Positions 40,886 to 48,833 of a stretch of 64,000 nucleotides of DNA are shown piece by piece. Source of the DNA: Phycisphaeraceae bacterium (GTDB taxonomy: Bacteria > Planctomycetota > Phycisphaerae > Phycisphaerales > Phycisphaeraceae); NCBI GenBank assembly GCA_963674705.1, contig OY771506.1, positions 4,160,001 to 4,224,000 on the forward strand, given 5' to 3'. Position 1 is the stretch's first letter; each line of letters starts with the position of its first letter. The translations under genes were made by a program, and so were the position numbers. The notes beneath the pieces are model-generated. The model did no database searches. It was given only the letters and a program-made list of their open reading frames with translations, and was not told the DNA's origin.

Positions 40886-43048
40886 TTGAGCATACAAATG
40901 AACGGTTCGTACATGCGTTATTCCCAAACTTATTTGCTGCTAATCCTGATAATCATTTGGTTGTCGCCTTCAAGCGCTAAGGCAGACCTTATCGAAGACT
41001 TCGAGAGCACGACCCTCGGCACGCTGAGCGACCAGAACGGATGGACAGCCACCTCGGGCGTCAGGGCGATACGTGATGCCAACACTGACAACCTGCTTAT
41101 GCAGGTGCTTGGTGGCGATGCCAATGCATACAAATCACTGGGCACATTAGTAATTGATGAAGGACAGACCGGCACGCTGTTTTTCCGATTTCAAGTAGAT
41201 GGGAATTCGATAGACAACACAGTTGGCCTGGCGGATGTAGCAAACCCCACATCCTGGGGAGATTACGAGAGCACGACACGTATCTATCCTGATGATGCGG
41301 ATATCAAAGCCCAGGGGCGTAGTTACTCCTGGTATCTTGATATGACCGAAAACGGCGGGGCGAATGGCCTTTCGATCGACACGTGGTATCACATGTGGAT
41401 CGTCAGCAACAACGACACCGACACCGTCGACTTCTACATGCAAGGCGGTAATATCGCGACACAAATCCTGGTCGCACAAAGTTACGGATTTCGTAACGGC
41501 ACGACAGATGCATTGATTACTTTCCTGGCTAAAAGCGGGTCCGGTGCATCCAGCAGCCTGTTTATCGATGACATTTACGTGTGGTCCGGCCAGAACCTGT
41601 CCAGCCCGATCGGTCCGGCGGCCTCAGGCGTGGTCGATGTCGACACGGGTATCGACCCGGGGCAGCGCGTAAGGATCGGGCTCGATCTGCCAAACCTGTT
41701 CACTTTCATTGATGAACGTGTAGCGGGAACAGACAGCACGATGCCGGCCGACCGTATGCCTGAAAGAACATACTCAGGGTATTGGAATCAGACCAGTCAA
41801 TGGGCGTGGACCAGCGGTTTCTTTGCCGGCCAGATGTGGATGATGTATCAGCAGACCGGCGACAGCGCTTACCTGGCTGGCGCTAAAGCACGTACCGCTG
41901 CGCTTGAAGGACAGGAATACAACGGCGGCGACCACGACATCGGATTCCGCGTGTTCAACAGTTTCGGACAAGGTTACAAATCGCTGCCTGATGGCGATCC
42001 TGATAAGGCAGACTACCTGGCTCGGGTGCTTATAGCAGCAGATACCCTGGCAGGCCGGTACAAACCCGTTTACCAGGCGATCGAATCCTGGGGCGGCGAC
42101 CAGGTCATCATCGATAACATGATGAATCTGGAACTGTTGTTCTGGGCAGCCGAACACACAAACGACCCAGCCAAAGCTCAATACTGGACGGATATCGCAG
42201 TCAATCACGCGCTGACAACCCAGCGAGAACACGTTCGGCCCGATGGTTCGACTTACCATGTCGTGCGTTTTGATGGAACCACCGGTGAAGTCATTGAGAA
42301 ACGTACCGCCCAGGGTTACGACAATGAATCCACCTGGTCGCGCGGCCAATCATGGGGCATGTACGGCTTCACACTGACCTATCGATTCACCGATCAACAA
42401 ACGTTCCTGGACACCGCGCTTGCTTTAGCGGATTACTGGATCGACAACATGCCCGCCGACGGGATGGTGCCTTATGACTTTGACGATCCCAATCCGGAAG
42501 TGCCGTTGGATTCTTCCGCGATGGCGATCGCTTCCTCGGCCATGCTTGAATTGATGGGCTATGTCGATTCATCCGAAGCAGCGCGCTACTTCAACGCAGC
42601 GGAGTTGATGCTCAACAACCTGGCATCCTTGGACATCCTGACTAACGGCCTGGAACACGAGGCGATCCTGCGTGAAGGTTCCATCGCTTACAACGTCCAC
42701 CACATGGGCCTGACCTACGGCGATTACTACTTCATCGAAGCGCTGCAGCGGTACATCGAAGTCATCAATGCATTACCGGGTGATATCAATATGGATGGCT
42801 TCGTCGGACTGGATGATCTCGATGTTGTCCTCGCCAATTGGAATGCCGAAGTTCCTGTAGGCATGGTGCAATATGGAGACCTGTCTCGTGATGGCTTCAT
42901 CGGCCTGGACGACCTGGACATCATCCTGGCGAACTGGAACAACAACTCGGCACCACCCAGTTCAGTTGTGCCGGAGCCGGCAAGCTTCGCATTGCTGACA
43001 CTAACGCTCTTGCCAATGGCATCCCGTTGCCGAGGTAAAGAGGCCTGA
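40886..43048 (+). CDS. GH88 unsaturated glucuronyl hydrolase with N-terminal domain B, dockerin-like module and PEP-CTERM (start may be 40913)
   Basis: WTSGFFAG, HDIGF, IIDNMMNLELLFWA, STYHVV, TAQG...WSRGQSWGMYGF, DSSA, YGDYYFIEAL. Confidence 0.9.
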   Translation: MSIQMNGSYMRYSQTYLLLILIIIWLSPSSAKADLIEDFESTTLGTLSDQNGWTATSGVRAIRDANTDNLLMQVLGGDANAYKSLGTLVIDEGQTGTLFFRFQVDGNSIDNTVGLADVANPTSWGDYESTTRIYPDDADIKAQGRSYSWYLDMTENGGANGLSIDTWYHMWIVSNNDTDTVDFYMQGGNIATQILVAQSYGFRNGTTDALITFLAKSGSGASSSLFIDDIYVWSGQNLSSPIGPAASGVVDVDTGIDPGQRVRIGLDLPNLFTFIDERVAGTDSTMPADRMPERTYSGYWNQTSQWAWTSGFFAGQMWMMYQQTGDSAYLAGAKARTAALEGQEYNGGDHDIGFRVFNSFGQGYKSLPDGDPDKADYLARVLIAADTLAGRYKPVYQAIESWGGDQVIIDNMMNLELLFWAAEHTNDPAKAQYWTDIAVNHALTTQREHVRPDGSTYHVVRFDGTTGEVIEKRTAQGYDNESTWSRGQSWGMYGFTLTYRFTDQQTFLDTALALADYWIDNMPADGMVPYDFDDPNPEVPLDSSAMAIASSAMLELMGYVDSSEAARYFNAAELMLNNLASLDILTNGLEHEAILREGSIAYNVHHMGLTYGDYYFIEALQRYIEVINALPGDINMDGFVGLDDLDVVLANWNAEVPVGMVQYGDLSRDGFIGLDDLDIILANWNNNSAPPSSVVPEPASFALLTLTLLPMASRCRGKEA

Positions 43049-43072
43049 CTTCGTTAACTGGAGCGATTGACG

Positions 43073-43098
43073 CCAATAAAGTAGAATCTCTGCTTTTC
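43073..43098. repeat. Left inverted end of the repeat pair bracketing 43155..44303
   Basis: CCAATAAAGTAGAATCTCTGCTTTTC matches the reverse complement of 44338-44363 at 21/26 positions. Confidence 0.7.
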
Positions 43099-43154
43099 CG
43101 GCCCGACCTGATCTATCTAATCAAACCGATGTTCAAACCACAAATACTGATCCG

Positions 43155-44303
43155 ATGAAGCCGCGAAACTTCACCCAAGAGGTAAACCAACTTCTTTACG
43201 AAGCCTACGGTCCGTCCAGCCCCGAAACGATAAACCTCCTTCTGCGAGCCAGAACCATCGCCGACGAGTCCGGCGACATCGATTTGAGCGTACAAGTGCG
43301 GGAACGTTTGATCTGTGCAGACTGGGACAGCGGCTACGCCAAGCATATCCTTGAGTCTCTCGCATGGCTCGCGGACCGGGTCGAAGCCGGTGAGGCTTCA
43401 AATTACATCCACGACCTGCCCAAGCTCTACACGCGGGTCGTCCGCATGGCGGCCATGGAACCGGACATCTCTCTGGAACAGCTCCACATCCTGCGAGCGA
43501 GGGAGAGGCACATCCTCACACTCTGCAGGCGGCCGACCGATAGCTGGCACAGCAACCTGTTGATCGCTATCCCGTGCGCCGATCACGAAGGTATCGCCTC
43601 AGCCATCGAGCGGTCTTCGCTCGGACCCCAGGCGGGCGGGGACTGCCCCGCCTGTCAACTGAATGAATGCATTCGTGGCCACCTGCTTCTTGGTCAAGTC
43701 GAACACGCCATGTCCCTGGCCAAGGACATCGAAGAAGTAGGCGGGGGCTGCAACAGCGCAGCGGCCGAACGCGACTCCATGCTGTTGATACCGTTAGCTG
43801 AAACACAGGCGTGGTCGCGTTGCCTGAAACGGCACCGGCAGTCCTGCAGTTGGGTCGTCGATGAAGGGCTTGTGCGCTCGGCGGCGCGGCACGTCGAGTT
43901 CCTGGTTGTCTTTGGCCGCCTGGAGCTGGCCGAGCGTCTGTTGTCCCACTTGCTGACCCGGTTCCGTAGAACCATGACCAGCGATGAGTTCTTCGAGGTT
44001 ATGTTGGCGACCCGGCTCTTGGCCTACCGCCTGGCCGAGGACGGACGGATCGATACCGAACTGTCCTGGCCCAGCGAAGGGTCCACGCCGGGTTCACCGG
44101 GCCGTATCCTCATCGACGATCTTAAGGCCCGGGCGAAGGCCCATCTGCATCGGCTTGCCGAACGATTCGATCAACGAAACGGCAACACCAGCTACGGCCA
44201 GCGATTGCTTGATCACGATCGATTGAATCAGCTCAAGTGTCCACCGGCGCTGGCGGATCGGCTGTCGACGCAGGGACGGCATGATCGGCCCGTGACACGC
44301 TAG
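43155..44303 (+). CDS. Hypothetical all-helical (TPR-like) protein with DCPAC and RFDQRNG motifs
   Basis: 382-aa ORF. The motif pair is recalled from proteins usually encoded beside Hsp90-like genes; no such gene is present here. Confidence 0.65.
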   Translation: MKPRNFTQEVNQLLYEAYGPSSPETINLLLRARTIADESGDIDLSVQVRERLICADWDSGYAKHILESLAWLADRVEAGEASNYIHDLPKLYTRVVRMAAMEPDISLEQLHILRARERHILTLCRRPTDSWHSNLLIAIPCADHEGIASAIERSSLGPQAGGDCPACQLNECIRGHLLLGQVEHAMSLAKDIEEVGGGCNSAAAERDSMLLIPLAETQAWSRCLKRHRQSCSWVVDEGLVRSAARHVEFLVVFGRLELAERLLSHLLTRFRRTMTSDEFFEVMLATRLLAYRLAEDGRIDTELSWPSEGSTPGSPGRILIDDLKARAKAHLHRLAERFDQRNGNTSYGQRLLDHDRLNQLKCPPALADRLSTQGRHDRPVTR

Positions 44304-44337
44304 CGGCAGAATAACGGCTAAGTTAAGAAAAGGGTAA

Positions 44338-44363
44338 GAAAACGGGACATTCTGCTTTATTGG
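44338..44363. repeat. Right inverted end of the repeat pair bracketing 43155..44303
   Basis: GAAAACGGGACATTCTGCTTTATTGG, preceded by a partial duplicate AAGAAAAGGGT. Confidence 0.7.
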
Positions 44364-44653
44364 TATTGAGTCCAGCGGATTTGAAACCAATGGATGTTTG
44401 GCAATCATGACCAGATGCCGCCAGAATCTAAGCTGACACCCCAAATCTAGATATTTGTAGTAATCCAGGCCTGAAGGGATTTAAACAAGGCTTTGCCTTT
44501 CGCCAATCATACGACCAAACACTATAAATTTCTTTATTTAAGATGTTTATACGTTTTACGCATAGATCTGCAGCAGGCACACGCTATATCAATGGCCTTG
44601 ATTCAACCACAACTATGGCAATCGAATTGTTGTCGCAGCGGGTTGAAAAAGTC

Positions 44654-44727
44654 TTGACACCCAGATGTAATCGGTTACAATGCCACCATGGATGTAAGCG
44701 ATTACACGCATAATGTAAGCGATTCCA
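44654..44727 (+). promoter_or_regulatory. Sigma70 promoter with three LacI-type operators
   Basis: TTGACA 44654-59, 16 bp spacer, TACAAT 44676-81. Operators TGTAATCGGTTACA 44666-79, TGTAAGCGATTACA 44693-706 and TGTAAGCGATTCCA 44714-27. Confidence 0.82.
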
Positions 44728-45764
44728 TTCTGCGGACGGTCAACAACGACCACGGCAGACCCGTCACCGTTCAAGACGTCTCGCGTCAGAGCGGTGTCTC
44801 TACTGCCACCGTCTCGCGCGTGATCAACCAATCCCCCAAAGTCAGCCCGAAAACGCGCATCCGGGTCCTCAAAGCGATCCAGGATTTGGGGTATATGCGC
44901 AATCACTCCGCCCGGGCCCTGGCCCGGCAGCGAACCGACACGATCGGCGTCGTCTTCCCGGGTATCGATTCGGGGTTCTTCAGTGAAGTGCTCAAAGGTA
45001 TCAACGAACATGCCGTCAGCAGGGACTACCACCTGATGGTCGGCTTTTCGCAGGACTCCGAAGACGAACACGATCGTGTGACGGAATATCTGCAGGCCGG
45101 CCGTGTTGACGCACTGATCCTGATGAACCTGGGTATGTCTGACCAATTCATCCGCCAGGCTGCCCAGCGCGAGTTGCCTATTGTTCTAATCGACAGGCCG
45201 GTCAAAAACGCACGCGTTGCCTCGGTGATGATCGACAACCGTAGCGGCGCCGATGCAGCGATGACTCACCTGCTTGACTTAGGCTACGAACGTATCGCAA
45301 TCCTCGCCGGCCCCGATGGCACGATAGACGCCGAGCAGCGGTTCGAAGGTTGTGAAGCAGCGCTTAAACGAGCCGGCCACAAACTTGATAAAGCGTTGAT
45401 CTGGCCGGGCAACTTCTTCTGGGAAAGCGGTTACGAACTGATGAACAACTGGCTAAACGCCGGCAAACCGTTGCCGGACGCCATGTTCGCGTTGAATGAT
45501 CCCATGGCGATGGGTGTGATCGAGTCGATGCATGAGCACGGCCTGAGCGTACCCAACGATATGGCATTGATCGGTTTCGATGATGTCCAGGCCGCACGTT
45601 ATGTCGGTCTGACAACGGTGCGTTCACCCATGCGTGAAATGGGCCGTGTCGCCAGCGAAGCCGCGATCAATCTTGTCACGGGTGGACGCACACTAGTTGA
45701 ACAAGTATTGCCGACCGAATTGATTGTGCGACGATCGTGTGGCGTGGAACACAAAGGGAAGTAA
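44688..45764 (+). CDS. LacI/GalR family transcriptional regulator
   Basis: VTVQDVSRQSGVSTATVSRVIN HTH; ARALA hinge; NDPMAMG, IGFDD, LTTVRSP, LIVRRSC. Confidence 0.96.
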   Translation: MDVSDYTHNVSDSILRTVNNDHGRPVTVQDVSRQSGVSTATVSRVINQSPKVSPKTRIRVLKAIQDLGYMRNHSARALARQRTDTIGVVFPGIDSGFFSEVLKGINEHAVSRDYHLMVGFSQDSEDEHDRVTEYLQAGRVDALILMNLGMSDQFIRQAAQRELPIVLIDRPVKNARVASVMIDNRSGADAAMTHLLDLGYERIAILAGPDGTIDAEQRFEGCEAALKRAGHKLDKALIWPGNFFWESGYELMNNWLNAGKPLPDAMFALNDPMAMGVIESMHEHGLSVPNDMALIGFDDVQAARYVGLTTVRSPMREMGRVASEAAINLVTGGRTLVEQVLPTELIVRRSCGVEHKGK

Positions 45765-45918
45765 ACGATTGCTGAGAAGTTAGTAAAGCGGTACTCACCG
45801 CAAGAAATGTATTGATGGCATGAGGAGGATCCTGCGTTGCGTGGCGCAGGTCGACAACGGAGTGACCGATCGGTGCTCCCGTATCAGATTGAATTACACT
45901 TTCTCTTGGAGGCTTGGA

Positions 45919-46929
45919 ATGATGATGGGTATCAAATCTGCGGCAGCCTACTCAGCCGTGGCAGGGATTTTTGTCCTGGCGGGCTCTGTCTCGGCAGCGG
46001 TTTCGGACATTGATGGCGTGGTGATTGTTGAACGGAATTGGAATGACTTCCCCAACAGCACCCTGGTAACAACAAACAACTACCCTACAACAGTATCGTT
46101 CGATGAATCCAGTTTTGATCCGCCGGACCTGATCAACATTCCGAATCCGTATGCGAATCAGCATCAGGCATGGCTCAGCGACGATGGCGGTTCCACACGC
46201 TATCAGTTCCAGAACAACGAAGGCTGGCAGTTAAGCGTAGATATCAATCTTGACACGCTCATCACCAGCCCGCGCAAAGAAGCCGGCATCCGGATGGACA
46301 CCAAGATCGGCGGCGAAGGTTTATTCATCATCACCTCGGATGGTGAAATCGCAGCGTTCGGTTCGTTCTTCCCCTTTGCAAGCACGAATATCGGCGACTT
46401 CGGCGGCAACACGTACACCGTGGGCAACACCGTCACGATGAAGATGATCTACACACCCGGTGACGGCGGCGGCGGCAGCGTCCCCGCAACCATGGAATAC
46501 ATCGTCAACGATATCTCCACCGGCCCGAAGGAAATCGCCAACCTTGAAAACGGCGTGATCGATAATTCCGAACTGGGCTTCTACGCTCAGAACGCAATCG
46601 GCGCCGCCAATATCTCCACCGACGCGGTCACCACAACCTTCTCGAATATCAGCATCAGCCCGCTTTCCGCACCGCTTGATGGTGACCTGAACGGCGACGG
46701 CTTTGTCGGCCTGGATGACCTGGACATCATCCTCGGAGCATGGAACCAGAACGTACCGCCGGCGGATGAAGCTGCCGACCCGTCCGGTGACGGCTTCGTC
46801 GGTCTGGACGACCTTGATATCGTGCTCAATAACTGGAATGCAGGTACGCCACCTGCTTCGGTCGTGCCCGAGCCCGCGACTCTGGCGCTTGTTGGATTCG
46901 GTGCGCTGGCTGCACTACGTCGACGCTAA
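45919..46929 (+). CDS. PEP-CTERM protein (domain C) with dockerin-like module
   Basis: GGAGG SD before ATG 45919; signal peptide; WNDFPNSTL..PRKEAG..DGEIAAFG; dockerin-like repeat; VPEP tail. Confidence 0.85.
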   Translation: MMMGIKSAAAYSAVAGIFVLAGSVSAAVSDIDGVVIVERNWNDFPNSTLVTTNNYPTTVSFDESSFDPPDLINIPNPYANQHQAWLSDDGGSTRYQFQNNEGWQLSVDINLDTLITSPRKEAGIRMDTKIGGEGLFIITSDGEIAAFGSFFPFASTNIGDFGGNTYTVGNTVTMKMIYTPGDGGGGSVPATMEYIVNDISTGPKEIANLENGVIDNSELGFYAQNAIGAANISTDAVTTTFSNISISPLSAPLDGDLNGDGFVGLDDLDIILGAWNQNVPPADEAADPSGDGFVGLDDLDIVLNNWNAGTPPASVVPEPATLALVGFGALAALRRR

Positions 46930-47082
46930 TCAACCATCGGCCCGTACCCTCCGGGTACTTACCCCCGGAGGGACGATGCCTTGTCTTGAGAAAGGGCAGG
47001 TGTCGGTATTGCGCGGGCTATGGATACCCAACGATTGATGTATCAATCGGACTATCTTCACTAAAGGAGGGTTTGCATTAAG

Positions 47083-47835
47083 ATGAAACTGTCACACCAC
47101 CTAACCATGTTATCCGCCGCCGCGGTCGTTCTGACCGGAACGCTTGCGTCGGCAGCGATCACGGACGTCGATAGCGCCCTGATCGAAACGCGCATCTGGA
47201 ATGATTTTCCCGACAGCACGTTGACTACCACCAACAACTTCCCAAGTTCTATCGTGATGGAGGAAACCGACTTCGGCACCGGCGGCTGGGCCAACAAGCA
47301 CGTTGCCTGGTTGTCCGCTGATGGCGGATCGAGCAAGTACATGCTGTCCAATAGCGAGGACTTCGCGATCTCTGTTGACATCACGTTAGAAGCCGCCGCC
47401 ACCGCGCCGCGCAAGGAAGCCGGCTTCCGCTTCGATACGTTCGGCGGTGAAGGCCTGGTCAATGTCACGACCGACGGCGAAGTCGCCGCGTTCGGCGGGC
47501 CGTTGCCGTTCTACACCTTCGGCGGCAGTGCTTACACACTCGGTACCACCGTCAACCTCGGCGTGATCTACAAGGCGCCTTCAGGTGGCTCGCCCGGCAC
47601 CATCGAATACATCCTCGATGGCGTCTCCAGCGGACCGCTTAACTTCACCAATCTCGAGCAAGGCATCATCAGCAGCTCCAAGGTTGGATTCGCCCTGCAG
47701 AACCAGGTCGACACGAACAACCCCGCCGACTACGGCAAGGTGACCTACGGTAACTTTGTAATCGATGTACCTGAACCCGCCAGCGCAATGCTGCTAACGC
47801 TGGGCGGCCTGACATTCCTCCGACGTAGGGCATAA
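47083..47835 (+). CDS. Short PEP-CTERM protein (domain C paralog), no dockerin
   Basis: AAGGAGG SD; WNDFPDSTL..PRKEAG..DGEVAAFG; VPEP tail. Confidence 0.87.
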   Translation: MKLSHHLTMLSAAAVVLTGTLASAAITDVDSALIETRIWNDFPDSTLTTTNNFPSSIVMEETDFGTGGWANKHVAWLSADGGSSKYMLSNSEDFAISVDITLEAAATAPRKEAGFRFDTFGGEGLVNVTTDGEVAAFGGPLPFYTFGGSAYTLGTTVNLGVIYKAPSGGSPGTIEYILDGVSSGPLNFTNLEQGIISSSKVGFALQNQVDTNNPADYGKVTYGNFVIDVPEPASAMLLTLGGLTFLRRRA

Positions 47836-47939
47836 CTGCCTATACCCTCTCCGGAGCCGGTCATTAACTTGACCGACTCCGCTTAACCGGCGGACTCTCC
47901 GCCAGCGAAACTCATGTGAACGACCCAGGAGCAAGCGAC

Positions 47940-48737
47940 ATGATGCGCAAGAACGCAGAATTTCACCGAACCAAGAACAATGAAAGCGGTTTCACGCTGA
48001 TCGAACTGCTCGTTGTCATCTCTATCATCGCGTTGCTGGTCGGCATCCTGTTGCCGGCGTTGGGCGCTGCACGTCGCACGGCACAGCGTTCGCGGTGTCT
48101 GTCTAATGTCCGCCAGATCGCCATCGCATCCCAGTTTTACTCGAATGACTTCAATGATTACCTGCCGTTGATTCCCGCATTCAATCGTCAAGGCGATCAG
48201 CTCTATCTGCTGGAATCGTACCTGGGCGGCGATGAAATTTTTATCTGCCCATCCGCAGAAGCCACATCCAGTGGTGGTGAAATATGGAGTAAAGCTGTAG
48301 GAAGCGCTAACTTCTTCGGTAATGGTCTGTATGAATCGCACTTTAAACCTTCATTCCCAACTGAAGAACTATGGGGTGTTGGCGTTTCAAAATATACCGA
48401 TTACAAGCTCAACGATAACATCGGTGAGAGAAAACCCCTTAACACACCGCCGGATGGAATCGTTGACAGGCCCGTTACCCAGTTGCCTTATACCACTTGG
48501 ACCGTAATCGCAATCGACATCGACTGGGGCTCAACGAATGAGGATGGTTCTATACGTGACGGTGATATCGCTCGTCACGGTGACGGTGAGAATCTCAGCT
48601 TCCTCGACGGGCACTCTGAGTACATGGCCCGTGAGGACTTCCGCGATCCGGCAACCGCACGTAAAGACCCACTGGGCAATGACGTCTGGTATCGATGGGG
48701 CAACCCCGATCAGGGTGGGGACACGTCTCAACCTTAA
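47940..48737 (+). CDS. Prepilin-type N-terminal cleavage/methylation protein (DUF1559-like)
   Basis: [55 protein letters not shown] (H-X9-DG). Confidence 0.9.
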   Translation: MMRKNAEFHRTKNNESGFTLIELLVVISIIALLVGILLPALGAARRTAQRSRCLSNVRQIAIASQFYSNDFNDYLPLIPAFNRQGDQLYLLESYLGGDEIFICPSAEATSSGGEIWSKAVGSANFFGNGLYESHFKPSFPTEELWGVGVSKYTDYKLNDNIGERKPLNTPPDGIVDRPVTQLPYTTWTVIAIDIDWGSTNEDGSIRDGDIARHGDGENLSFLDGHSEYMAREDFRDPATARKDPLGNDVWYRWGNPDQGGDTSQP

Positions 48738-48833
48738 TAGCCTGAACAGGATGACACTACCATATAATGTGTGATTGATATTTGAGCCTTGGGCTCTGCG
48801 AGTGGGTGGAGTTGTTGAATCACGGGAGTTGTA

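Noticed and set aside
31169..43048. Classical cellulosome or type V autotransporter
   Set aside because: No cohesin/scaffoldin in the window and no C-terminal autotransporter barrel; the proteins end in PEP-CTERM.
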